Source: Phoronis australis
Taxonomy: Eukaryota > Animalia > Phoronida
Assembly (NCBI GenBank): GCA_002633005.1
Contig: NMRA01000499.1
Location: 186,001 to 250,000, forward strand
DNA length: 64,000 nucleotides
Reading direction: 5' to 3'
Shown: in pieces, positions 48,571-61,400 of the stretch
Position numbering within the stretch: the first letter of the stretch is position 1
How the letters are laid out: each line of letters starts with the position of its first letter
The notes under the pieces: generated by a model
What the model was told of the DNA's origin: nothing
What the model saw: the letters and a program-made list of their open reading frames with translations, nothing else
Databases searched by the model: none
Program-made: the position numbers and the translations under genes

Positions 48571-51500
48571 CTAGTTTCTCACCAAAGGCTCAATGACAGG
48601 CTTTTCATCAGCAGACATCCTACGCTGCTGCCTGTCGTCCTCAAGGTCTTCATCATCGTTATCATCTAGGAGATTCATCATTGATGGAGCAGTGGACTCC
48701 TTCAAGCTTTGAACAGTCAAGGTGTTACTATGAGTACATTGAAGGCATAATATTGAAAAGTTCTGCATGCACAGTGCATGAATAGAGACATCGGTCAGTA
48801 CGCCTTGCCAGATATCTACATTGTTGTAAAGTGCTACAAGCAGACAAGACGACCATTAGATGTCCCCACGGCCTATAAGGATGACGTGACATGTCCAACC
48901 CAAACAAAACATCATTAGTTTGACAAAGGCTGTAGAATCGACAGCCGAAAATGTTAACTCTGGTACGTAACACATTGTCTTTTCAATATTATGCACTTGC
49001 CACTCACATGTGCTTCATACATTGAAGGCAGACACCAATTGTCAAGAATGAACCAATAGATCAATTATAAGGGTTTGAGTGGATCAATAATTTCATAAGA
49101 AAGAGTACACGACACATTGACAGTGAAATGTCTGATTGAGCCAGTTTGTGCTCAAGAAATGCTCAAACAGCCTAACACACCTCCCAGATCAGCCCACAGT
49201 AGACATAACATTGATCTATTCCATTAATTAGTAAACTTAGGACACAGAAGACAAACACTTCACGTCTTCTTCGAACAAATTTTTGTTATTCTTGATTTTC
49301 TGGCCATGTCTATGGTCCTTCCCTAGCATTGATTAAACTTGACAAGAAAAATAAATAAATAAATGATCAAGTTTGACACGAAAACTACTTGAACTAGAAA
49401 GAAACCATGAGAAGGTGGAACAAACTGCAATGGAAGGCTGATAGTTAAGCTACTGACTGAAGAGAACAAGAATACTGAGAGTGGAGTGATGTTCTCACAA
49501 GGATTTTGTGGTAAGCAGTGGCTACTACATCGAGGAAAATCAGAATGCTTTAAATTTGCAACTGCCTGCATTAAGGTTGCATAAACAAGACCTGTCAGCC
49601 AGACAACCTCAGTCGCTGGCCAGTCAGCTTATGCACCTAACAAGTTAATTAGACATATGTGACATTTTTTAACCAACAGCCCTTAAATTAGTTTTGGTTT
49701 AATTAAGAATTCTGTATATTGTTTCCAAATAAATTAATTTGATTGGTTAAATAACTTAGAACCGAGCAGTGCCCAAATGACGAAGCACGGATCGCGGCAC
49801 GGAAGTTTTCAATAAGCAGTTCATTGACTTTGCTGCTGAGTTCTAGCCTGTGCTATGATATAAGTAAATTGGATGACTACATTTCTTGTAGTTTGATGAC
49901 AAATCCTGACTCAGCTCGGCGAAAAGTTATCCCCCCTTACCAGGGCAAGTCAATACTAAACCAATGTTCACATACACTACTTGTTAATGACCTGGTCAAA
50001 TGCTGCCTCTCATAAACTAATAAACGGGTGCCATATTTGGCAATTTTCTTGCTTTTTGGAAAGACAAAATGGGTCATTTTGAATAACAGTTTCGAATAAA
50101 TGAAGGCATCGACAGAGGAACGATCACCACGTAGCTGTTTGACTTAATGCACTGACGTTTTTTGAAAGCGGCTGTAAAACCTAACAGTCTACCACACTTG
50201 TCAACGCTCAGTTTGTGGACAAAAAAGTCATATTGTTGGGTAGGATATTAGACATCTTGAAGTTATTAGAATTGACCAGAGCTATGAAACAGCAAAATCT
50301 ATTGTGTATAGGTTAATGATGTTACACGTTGCCCCCTGTTGGCAATCAGCGGAGAATAGAAAAGGATACAGCTGTCGAGGCATTGTTTTCTTGGACCGTC
50401 GTCGTCGTGAAAAGAACTTGCTAGCAAGAATAGCAAACTTCTTCTTGGATGCTACAATGACAAAGATCACGTAATATGAATAGTTGAGAAGGGCTACTGA
50501 AAATTGATACTGTATTGATTAAGTACACAGGTGAACCTAGACATATCTAGGGCCGATGTCTAATCTTTGTACTCAAAATCGTACTCAAAATTATTTTCAT
50601 CATTATCTACTCCACTTTCATGCAAATTCATGATAACAGGATGTTAGTCTGTGCTCAAATACATACGAGTTTTTAGTCCAAGTTCGCACTTGATGATATA
50701 TATATCTGTGGTAAAATTTGAGCAAAAACTCGAGATTTCGAATAAAAACTCGAAATTTCTAGTTCAGATTCAGACTGTTAGCCTCAGTGCTAGGGTCACT
50801 AAAGGCAAACTATAGGATTAAAAAATATCCACGTAAGGCGTAATCTACTTGAGCAACGAATTATAGACACTTATCTGGAGGTCGCACAAAAGCAGAATAG
50901 AAAACAACAGAAATAGTTTCAAGTTCAATTTTGAATACAAGTTAGTAGCAGGGGCGGATCCAGGATTTTGAGTTGGGGGGGGGCCATGGCAGACTATTAG
51001 CCAGGATTTTGCCCGTCAGACATTCGCACCCCCATCTAACAAATGTAAACTGGGAGAATTTTAGGGGGCCATGGCCCCCTTGGCCCCCCTCTAAATTCGC
51101 CACTGAGTATTAGACCCTGGGCCCTGGTGATTAGACCTGTAAGATATACACCTCAGACTCACTGAAGGACATTTTCTTAAGCAGACAATGCTATTAGTAT
51201 TGTGTGTACTCAAATAAATGATGTTCACACTGTGTGTTGCCATTCCTGTAGATAACACTTGCTATAAAAGATTACTCTCAACCCCTTTACGACATCATAC
51301 ATAGCCACCAATCAAATTGTTCAGCTTCACACTTACACACGCCCATATTACTGAGCTGTGACTTGAATTCAGCATCAGACTGCTGTTGTGTTGTCTTTGT
51401 GTGTGGAAATGCTCCAAGCTCTTCCAAATTGTCGTCGCCATACCCTTCGAGTTCAGGTACGTCATCTGTAAAACAATGCACCATGACTCTTGAAGTTGAG

Positions 51501-54500
51501 CAAACAATATCTTTAGTTCTGTTTACAAGCGCCATCTTTCAGTAAATAGAGACTACGGACATATTGTAAAGCCCAAGTCCTGTTCAAACATACCGTACAT
51601 ATACAGATGGGTTAAAAGTATCTCTACATAATACTAAAGAACACTGAAGTAATCATCGTCTTGAGATTAATCACATTTTCATGCCATGCTGAATCTTTAC
51701 ACATGCTATGGCAACAGTGCTAACCAACCTAAAGAAGAAACCAAAGCTTTAGCAGTCAGTCTAACAAGCTGGTGAGAAAATACACGTATGAGTCGTAATT
51801 TTGCCTTCTTTCCGACAATTCTTGAATTTGAAACAGCTAATATTGTATATTTCTAGAATTTGGGACAAGCTCTGACCTTGAGCAAAATAATTAATTTTTC
51901 ATTGTTCAAATTGGAGAATTTTTACCGTAATAAATTATTTGGGTATTATTCACCTGGTTTCCCAGCAGCATCGTGTGGAAGAAGCGCAATGTCTCTTTCA
52001 TTCCTCACATCTGGAACAACACATTAGATCACACTATGAACCCGTAACCATGGTGACTCTTTACATTACCAAGATGAAGTCAAAACCATATTTTCAAAGT
52101 AGAAAGATTATCACCAGCCATTCAGAAAACACAAACTCCTTACTGAACAAATTATGTCCATCAGTACCATCAGTCATTCAGACCACACAAACCCTGACTT
52201 AACAAATTATGTCCATCAGTACCACCAGTCATTCAGACAACACAAACTCCCAAACGGAAAAAAATACTTCAAAACGTAATGTCAACTATTTGAAAGTTGT
52301 TGAATTTCTGACTTTTAGAGTAGGAGTGATTGGACTTAAAATCTTTCAATTTGTGATTTTTTGTAGAGATAATACTTACTAACATATAAATCTTACTGAT
52401 CGTAGAGTTGGCCACATCACATGACTTACTAAGTCCAACTGGATTTCTGTGTTCGACTGGTGGTCCCGATGGCTCAGTGGCTAGAGCGTCTGCACGGTTA
52501 GCAGAAGGTCCAAGGTTTCAGTCCTGGTTGGGGCAGAAATCTTTTAAAATTTATATTCAGGTCATATGATGTGGCCAACCACTGGCGTGCAGACCAGACC
52601 TAAAACGTTTGCGAGATAGTACTTACCTTTCTCGAGCGTATTCATAAACTCAGCATTGCGCTTCAGCTCATCTAGAAACTCTTGGTTCTGTAGCATCAGT
52701 GCCAGCCTCTCATCTTCCAAATAACGCGCTGTCTCAGCATCAAAATGATTCGGCACCTCTCGCCGTTGTTTGGCATTCTCTGCCATCTTTTCTTTCAACA
52801 TTTTTCTGTTACGATTTATCTGGATCAATAACAAACAGATATTACAACTATCATAACACCGAAATGGATTTTCAAGTTTTAGTAGTGTTAAATATAATGC
52901 TTTCTTTCACTTTTTGGGCTAAGCTCGAATTATTATACATTGAATTTTTAGTAAATAAACATTAAACAAGGTCGAATTATACAATAAATTTTTTTAGTAA
53001 ATAATCATTAAACAAAGAGTATTGACAGGGCATTTACTGCAGTTCTTGACGATAAGTACGGACTTCTTTTATCTAATGATTTCACTAGCCAAGCAAATCA
53101 GGAAAATTTTGTAAAGCCAAAAATAGCATGATTGATTAAGGTTTGCACACAATTTACTTTGAAATCTGCAAGAATAAAAATGTCTGTCACATCACTTTTA
53201 GCAGTTCTATAAAATCTACACTAATGTAGTATATGACAAAGTGGATTGGCACCTTGGCAATAATTACCTCCTTTGTAATCTTACTTGATTAAAAACGGAT
53301 TTCCAAAGGTTTTTTCTTTCGCGGCTAAAAATGTGAGACTAAAAATATCGCATCACAGCATCAATTCTCAAAAATAAACAGACCAGAACCAATTACGCTT
53401 TTTTGTCTAATGTTTCTCTTGAAGTATCGATTGCAATAGCTGAGTTGAAGTCACAGGTTTGAAATGTGTGTTAAGTGATTTCAGCCTCTTTATTCAGTCC
53501 AGGGAGCATTTAAGACTAATTATTGTCAGTTTTCACCTCATGGTTAACTATAGTCAGCAAAACAGAAAAAGACACGCGTACTGAGGCAGGTACTGAAGGA
53601 AGCATGTGCTCATAATGCTGCAACTAGAGTCCTACCTTAAATGATCTAAATAACCCTGAAGTATGCAGCAGTCTATGGAATAAGGGAGTGAGGGATGTTT
53701 TTGCGAAGATAAGAACATTATATTATCAGTATTTCTGAATCATTCTACACACATTAGTCTCAGCAACATATCCCTGAACATATTCATAATAGTGTACAGG
53801 AGTAAATACATAACTGAAATAAATATGCTGAACAGTGTTGGACTGTTTGTTGTGCAATTAAAAACCCAGGTTTTCGTTAGCAACACCTTTATTCAAATTT
53901 AGGTGATAATAATTTTAAAATATGGTTGGTTGAATCTAAAGTAATTATGGGTGGTGGGGTACAAACATTAATCTAAAAAACATGGGGATGAAAAAACGTG
54001 CCTTTCCCCACCAAATGGATTTTACTGGAACAGGCTTTATGAGCTCAACCTCTATGAGACAATCTGGAGATACTAGCATTGAATGCTAGAAGGAATGTTG
54101 ACAGAAAGGAAGTCACCATTGAAACCCATCATAGTTTCACACTTGATAGGAAGTGCAAAGTTAGAGGTTTCAGAATTAAAAATAATTTTTTTCTGCCTAA
54201 TGAACTGTTCCCTGTAACAACTTCAAATATTGGGTAGAAACTCACTTCAGATCTGGACCCACGACCACCTAGCATTACTCAGTCCCTTAAACTATTTGAG
54301 AACTTGAATTACTTAGACTTACTTTCTCATGTTTTAGAGACTACTAAAATGTATTCAAACAAAAGAACTCAAAATTATGAGTAATTTTCAGTTTACTCAA
54401 GAAAGCACCACCACCAGTAAATATGGAGCACACTTAGAAAAATTACTAAAAAATTCCAAGACTGGGTTCAAAATTTGACTCCTCACTAAGCGTTAAAAGA

Positions 54501-56075
54501 ACATTTACTAAAATTGTCTTGTTGCACCAAAGACTTCGGAGTAAGGGACTTGTCATTGAGTAAAGTTTGGTGGTCATTATTTCTTGAGTATAACTAGAGT
54601 AAGTACAATTGGGAGTGAATCAAAGTATCTTGGTAATTCAAGTGTCTGAGGAAAGGTCAAAGGTCACCGGCCCAGATTACTAATATTTGAAAGTATATGA
54701 GTATGGATGTTTCACAAGAAACACATTTGCCAATAATACATCTCATGCACAGAATACACACTTATTAACAATATTACCTCATGCACAGAACTATTCTTTC
54801 CTTCTGACGATGCAGATATAGTAGTCCTTAGAGCTGGTTTGGGACTAATGGCTGCCACAGGGGTTTTTGAAGTAGTACTCATGACAGTTTGTAAATTTGA
54901 ACCCGGGCGAGAAACATGCCTGGAGACCGAGGCAGGAACTGTCAATCTCAGGAAATCGTCGGGCAGTTTGCCAATTAATGGTGGGTTCCAATGGCGGTAC
55001 ACCTTTGGCGGTGGTAATACTGGCTGGTTTGACAGAGGCACTTTAGGAACTGTTTGCTCTCGTATCCTCATATTGCGAAGAGACTGTGTGAATGGGTCAG
55101 CCATGTCATCATCACTACTACTACTACTGCTTATGTCAGCTAACCTGGCCTGAAATGGTTAAACGCCATTGTTACAACCAAAACGAAACGAAACGTGACA
55201 AAATACACAGCTTCTTCACTTGACATCACAATATTACACAACACCTGAATTCTGTAAAATTTCATAAATAAATGAAAATAACGAGGACGAAGACGAATTT
55301 TACTTCAGTACTTTAGCATAGTTTTTATCCTACAGATGTCATCAATCAGCACGTGGTGAAATTTTGGGCATTTTTGATTTTGTGAGCACTTTTCATAGCT
55401 GGAAAGTGACCATTTTGGCAAGTCTATATGTGTATGAACTCGTAGAAACTTATCCATGCCAGACAACCCAAGGTTTGTAATTTGTTAAAGTGAAGTCAGC
55501 ACTGTCTCAAAATATGTTTGTTTTAAGCCACAAACATGGGACTAGTCTACTCATGTTCAATCTAACGTTATTCTTCAATGCAATATAAATCATACAACTA
55601 GTCCTCTCATGTTCAGTTTAACACGACATCCTTCAATACAATATACCTCACTCATCTTTAATCACTCAGTATATCATTCAATGCAATATACCTGGTATGG
55701 TGGTGGCGGTCCACTGCTCAAGCTTGCTGGGCTCGGCACAACGCCCAGATCAACTGACCTCGGCGGGGGATCTTTTGGTTTATCACTAACCTCACTGCCC
55801 CCTAAGTCCACATTCATTGTCAATAACTGATCGATAGTAGCGTCAACAACTCCGTCATTGGCTCGAAGTACTGCTTCGATCACGTCAGAGTCCATAGTTG
55901 GAAACATCAACTTGAAGTCAGACATGGCCTGGTTGAAGTCCAAATGTTTGGTGCCTTGCTGTTGAGACAAGTTACGATGGTGGTGGTGAGGTCTGTGATG
56001 GCGGTGTCGAGGGCGATGCACACCACTACGTTGCCCCCCCACAGAGTCTTGCTGAGAACCTGGTGTTGACGTCAT
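48571..56075 (-). CDS. CUEDC1: CUE domain-containing protein 1 (~457 aa)
   Basis: Exons on minus strand: 56075-55692 (CUE domain LDFNQAMSDFKLMFPTMDSDVIEAVLRANDGVVDATIDQLLTM), 55149-54778 (WNPPLIGKLPDDFLR), 52819-52627 (YLEDERLALMLQNQEF), 52010-51954, 51465-51337, 50451-50370, 48727-48571; all GT-AG and phase-consistent. Confidence 0.92.
50949..51105. mobile_element. GC-rich MITE, copy 2
   Basis: Termini CAGGGGCGGATCCAGG / CTAAATTCGCCACTG; same family as 36865-37022. Confidence 0.75.
52463..52535 (+). pseudogene. tRNA-like cloverleaf (tRNA pseudogene or SINE head)
   Basis: Acceptor GTCCCGA/TTGGGGC, D-stem GCTC/GAGC, anticodon stem TCTGC/GCAGA, T-stem CAAGG/CCTGG. The T-loop (TTTCAGT) is degenerate and the anticodon loop ACGGTTA lacks U33, so it is not a functional tRNA. 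Confidence 0.6.
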
Positions 56076-58299
56076 ATCGACCAAATCAAGGGCGGTTTTA
56101 CCTAGGAAAAATAACATCACCACAATCAATAATTGTCAGCATTTTTCAAGTTATCAAAAAGGGTGACAATCCCAGACATTCTTTTGCCTTCCAACAGATA
56201 TAACTGTATCTGTGAATCTTATATAAATATTGCTAGTGCATAAGATAACATTTTAAACTTCCAACTACAAACTCTCCACCACTTGTGAGCCTAGTGCATG
56301 AAAACAGTGATAAGGAAAATTATCATAAAATTATGCATACATTGTTTAGATTTAATCATTTTAACAAATGCAGAGTTGCACCGCTGCAGACACACTGACA
56401 ATAAACAGGACTCATCTCCCATTTGCTCATAACTGACTCAACTGGTAGTGCGTCACAAGCCAATAGGTCAGTCGTATCAGACAATTTGAATGACAGGATT
56501 TTAGGAAGAATACAGTACGCATGGTTTGTGGATGAAAAGGATTTCATTGTTTGAACATCAACAATGATTGGATAACAGAGACCTCGATTCCACTCTGAAA
56601 AACTTTTAAACATTACATGAAATTTGCCTCATCACGCCCAATTTGAACTCGCACAGAGCCTCGGCTTAAAAAAATTATATCAACTGTAAAATTCCTCACT
56701 TGACAGCCATACCTTTACAGTGTTTACAGACAATTTATCCCTCACCCGAAAAAATTACCCTCTCAGAATGCACAGGCATTTTTTTCTTGAGGTGAACGAT
56801 GACCCTGGATAACAATGAAGAATACAGACTCAATAGACGGTGTTCAGAGCAAAGAGTTGTGACAGATCTGCTATAGAATGCATATAGTTATAGTGAAGCA
56901 CAACCAGCTAACACAATGTGGGCTTGTTGTGACAGACTAGGAGATCACGTGGCAAGTGCCTGTGCGTTTTGGAAATTTGATTATTTCAATCAGAGTTGAA
57001 GAATGACTGAAATATAGTTTGAAAATTTTTAATAGTAAACATGAAAATTTTTTACTAAAAAATAAAGACTATCCAGGAACTCTCAAGAGTCTGGGCAGAC
57101 ATTTGCTCAGGTTGCCCGTTCTTCAATTTAGAATACCATATTTTTATTTTCAAAAGTTTCCTTATTTTGACAAGTTCATTTCACATAGAAATTCAACGAG
57201 GTCGCATTTGGCCAGATGACATTATGCTAAGCATTGAGCCTTGTAATAGCTTTGAATTTAAATTTATTGTAAGAGTAAAAGTTCAATAAATGTTAAAAAA
57301 AGAAACATTTTTTCGGATGGGTATATCTTGTCTGAACATGGGCTTTCTGTTTTTCAGCCTATTTTCACTCAAAAGTCACCGTCAGCCCCTGGGGCCTGCT
57401 TCCTGAATTGACCTGTCGATCAATAACAGCGCCCTCACCATTTTTAGCTCAGGTGTTTCATGTAGCAGGCTCAACCATAATCGAGGCCTGTGCGCGTCTA
57501 ATGTACAGCAAAAACATGAGACCGCCTGCACTATTGCTATGCATGGAAACATTCATCAGTGAATTAATAGATTAAATAAACATTGCCAGAACTGCAATTA
57601 TCTCCCTTTCATTTTTGTCTTAAACATGCAAGTTATGGGTCACTTGACTAGAAAAGTTGTGACCTTGGCCTATTAACAGATAATTGAGTAACAACTTTAC
57701 TGTCCAGCTCTATAAAACAAAACAATGGTCTGCCAAGACTCATCTACAATCAAAGGTTTGGAGCAGATTTTTACAACTCTTTACAAAGTCTACTAAACGA
57801 GCAAGCGCGACCTACACTTTAGGCGAGTAGGCACCCAACTGAAAGCAAAGACCACCCAAGGCAGAGCCATAATATCAATTCTGTGATACAGCAATAACAA
57901 CAATAATGTGTTTTTAGTTGAATCATGTTTTTACAACTTAAGTGTAGCATTAGCTGGGGTCAGCAAGAGGATTGGTTGAAATCACTGAAATAGAGTTTAG
58001 TATCTTTAAAGAAAACGTGGCTGCCAACAGGTGACTTTTAACGTGAGGTCAAATAAATTGTACCGGCGATACTAAAGATAAGGTTGATAATGAGTTCGGC
58101 TGTGCATGAAGTTGAACTGCATTGATCTTGATTATCATTTGAATCTGAATCGCACAAACTTCATAGAAAAGCCAAAGATATACTACGTCTCAGGACGAGA
58201 CGGTGCTGCGGCAAATAACTGAAAATGCTTACAAGCTAAAACATAACAAGACAAAGGGTGAAAAATTCAAAGGTTACGTAAACAGTGTTGTGACTTAGC

Positions 58300-58457
58300 C
58301 TACCTCTTCTAAAATGACGTCAAGAAGGAGGAAGCGGAAGTCCACCTTATGCTCCTAACGCTACCTATTGAGCAACGCACAACAACAACGTGGCAGTTTT
58401 TGACAGTGTTTGACCAGCTTACAAAGTTTCCACGCATTCCAATCACTGCACTCAGCC
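58300..58457. promoter_or_regulatory. Candidate bidirectional promoter for CUEDC1 (-) and PEPM (+)
   Basis: CRE palindrome TGACGTCA at 58315-58322, ETS-type GCGGAAGT at ~58334-58341, minus-strand donor GAG|GTAGGC at 58303 (putative CUEDC1 non-coding exon 1), and the PEPM ATG at 58458. Confidence 0.5.
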
Positions 58458-61400
58458 ATGGCCAGTCTAACGAAAATTTTCTCTAACGGTCTTCGTTCCA
58501 TCCGTCCAGATGTGCTGAAGCTCAACTTGCCAGGTAAGCACGGACGTAGCTCACCCAGCTACTGAGCTAGGCAACAACTTAACAAGTAAACTGCAGCAGT
58601 GCAGGGAGTAGGCAAATGGTGGTCCTAGTTCAACCCAGAGACAAAATATGAAATTCACCTTCAAGTTCAACTCCAGGAGTCCAATATTTTGCTTTTTCAT
58701 CAAGTTGTGTATGTTTAATTCCCTCACTATAGAAGTCGTAGTTTGTATCTGAACAGCATGAAGTTTACACAGTCGTATGTATTTTGTGAGTGGCTCGAAC
58801 TCGAAGCATTTTATTTTTGGTTGAAAATGAAAGCTGATGCAAGATGGTGCTGTGGTGGCCGTTTTGCAATTTTTCTGTTGCTGAGCCAGTTAGCTCTGCT
58901 GTCTCTGGAGATATATTTTTGTTTTTGAGTGCCAAAATTATAAATAAAGAAATGAGAAGTGTACATGTTAAAATGGACCTGCTTCGCCTTCAGCAGAAAT
59001 CTCATCAGATACACAAATATCACCAAAGGAAACATGGTGGTGAGGCCAGATGTTTTGTTTGTCTTTTTTCTTGTCGGAATTTTAATGTCTGCCGGTCAAG
59101 ATAGTAATTGCACTATGCTCTGTAATCTTATCCAGAAGTTGTTAAGTTGCTAGGTCTTCTGCCTAACCTGGTCTTGACACTGTCTGACACTGGTGTGCAA
59201 ACTTGAGATTTGTTGCAGAATAAAGTCATTTTATTTATATTACACTATGAGGTTTGTTTCTTTTTCATTTTCAGGGCTAACAGCTGTTCAGTCAAGATGT
59301 GCTTCTTCTGGAACCCAGGTTTGTCTTTGTGGTTTTTGTAATTCTTCTCAAATTAATTGCTTTTTCAATCAAACTTGCTTTTGAGGAAGCAAAATGTCCT
59401 GGAGAATTAAGGTAGGTACCTATTGAGGCACCAATACGATAGCATTTCCAATACAGTGCTTGACATTAACAACTGTCTAATTGTCCGAGACAACCAAAAA
59501 TTAAGCGCGAACAAGTTGAAATTTCTAAATGGTTAAATGGATAACCTAAAATCTTTCATAGTCGTGCACTTATGTCAATCCTATATTACATGTACGCACA
59601 CACAAAGTTCTTTCTGTAACCTCTTTGCAACGTATAAATTTTCAAAAAACTTCCAAGTGCATCCTGCCGGGAACCTGACTTCAACCTGATGTTGAGGCTG
59701 CAGTCATTCAGTGCCGCAATTTATGATAACTAGCTCAATTTGGTTTTAGGCTGCAGAGGCCACTGGTCGATTTGATTTTTTCCTAGTTTCAAAACAGCCA
59801 TGAAAAACACAAAAAGTTTCAAAGTAAACTTGTTCACAGAATTGCATGATTTGTTATGCCTGATAATGATTGCTATAAATGTTTGTCATTTTCATCTATT
59901 TCAACATTGAAGACCTACAAGCATTTTTTTCAATTCGTCGTCTGCTCTGCAGAGTGACTAAGAGCACCAGTAAGTTCTGTAACCCAGTATTCCAAAAGCG
60001 TTTTTCCCAGTGCCAGTGCGACCACTTCCAAAGGTGAAAAAGGTAGTGAAAAGAGTGTGAACTGATTAGGGCAAAGTGGATTTGTACCCAAGTGGCTGGT
60101 GCATTTTAAATTACTAGTGTAGAAAGAGTGCATACAGTCTGTAGTGCTGACCTCAGTAGATTGGCTATGGTCTGTAGTTCTGACCTCAGTTTGGCTAACT
60201 GTAAAAAAGCTGTAACTGCATCTTCAAATATACTTCGTTTAAACTACAAATACTAGCAGTTATTTATTCCTTCAAATTTTTGGTTAAGCTCATTTTGGAG
60301 TCAGACGAGTGGAATTGAAGAAGAGTTGTCTGAAAGGACAAGCAGTCAAAAAGTTAATATCTTGATCTGCAGTACCCTTAATGATTTGATGCAGGACGCT
60401 TTCCTCTTTGTATTTATTTCTTTCTCAACTTCCAACCTATAGGAATGTCTGAATATTACCTTTCAACCAATGGTAATGCCTGAATGCTTACTTATGCATC
60501 ATCCTTTCCCAATGCTACTGCTGGAGGTGGAAAGGGTGTAAGAATGGACATGAGTTTAAATTGTAATCTGTGATGTTTGCCAGTGCAATCATGAAAACGT
60601 ACTCTCTACTCATTTCAGAAATCCAAACAGTTAAAAGAAATGTTGGAATCTCCAGAACTTGAGTTCATCATGGAAGCACATAACGGACTAGGGGCAAAGA
60701 TTGTTGAAGAGGCTGGTAATGCTCTGATGTAGTACACACAGTCTTACTCAGCTGTTTATAAGATATTAGTAGTGAAAAGATGGCTTATTTCCATGAAAAG
60801 TGTATTACTCATCCTTAAATTTTCAGAAGACATCGAGTGAGAACCACCAGTAATTGTATCCTTCTCCCTTTCTGTAATGCATAACTTTGCACAATTGTTT
60901 GTCCAGTTTTAGCTGATATGGTACCCCCAAAACATTTCACTTTCCTTCAGTTGTCTGTATTATCTATAAGTCATACAATGTGTTTTTTCTTTATTGACTA
61001 TTGATTACTGAACAATTACTTTTAAATTACTTGTACCATTACTTATGCACCAGCATATACATGTCATTTCTGCCTGGGCATCCAGTGTCCATTGCTGTCA
61101 GTATCTCGTCAATCTCCTGAAGAAGCTTTATGAGATTTAAAAGACTTAGTTCTGTTCCTACGAAGGTGATGACAGATGACGACAAGTTTTGGAACGATTC
61201 GACTGTCGCTGTGTCTTCTTGTGGCATTTTTATTTTTTACATTTTTCTCTTTGTCTTCAGGATTCATTGGCAATTTTTCATAAAAATTCCAAACAAGTTT
61301 CTGTTATGAAGACGATAGCACCTTTCCATTTCAGGGTAGATTGCACATAGTTTGTGCCACCTAATGTTTTTTTGTCATCGGCCTTTTTGTCTGCCTTAGT

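Noticed and set aside
49262-49322. Possible extra CUEDC1 exon
   Set aside because: In the phase required after exon 50451-50370 it reads into a TAG within four codons; the direct splice to 48727 is in frame.
52463-52535. Functional tRNA gene
   Set aside because: Lacks U33 and the TTCRA T-loop and has a T-stem mismatch; kept only as a pseudogene or SINE head.
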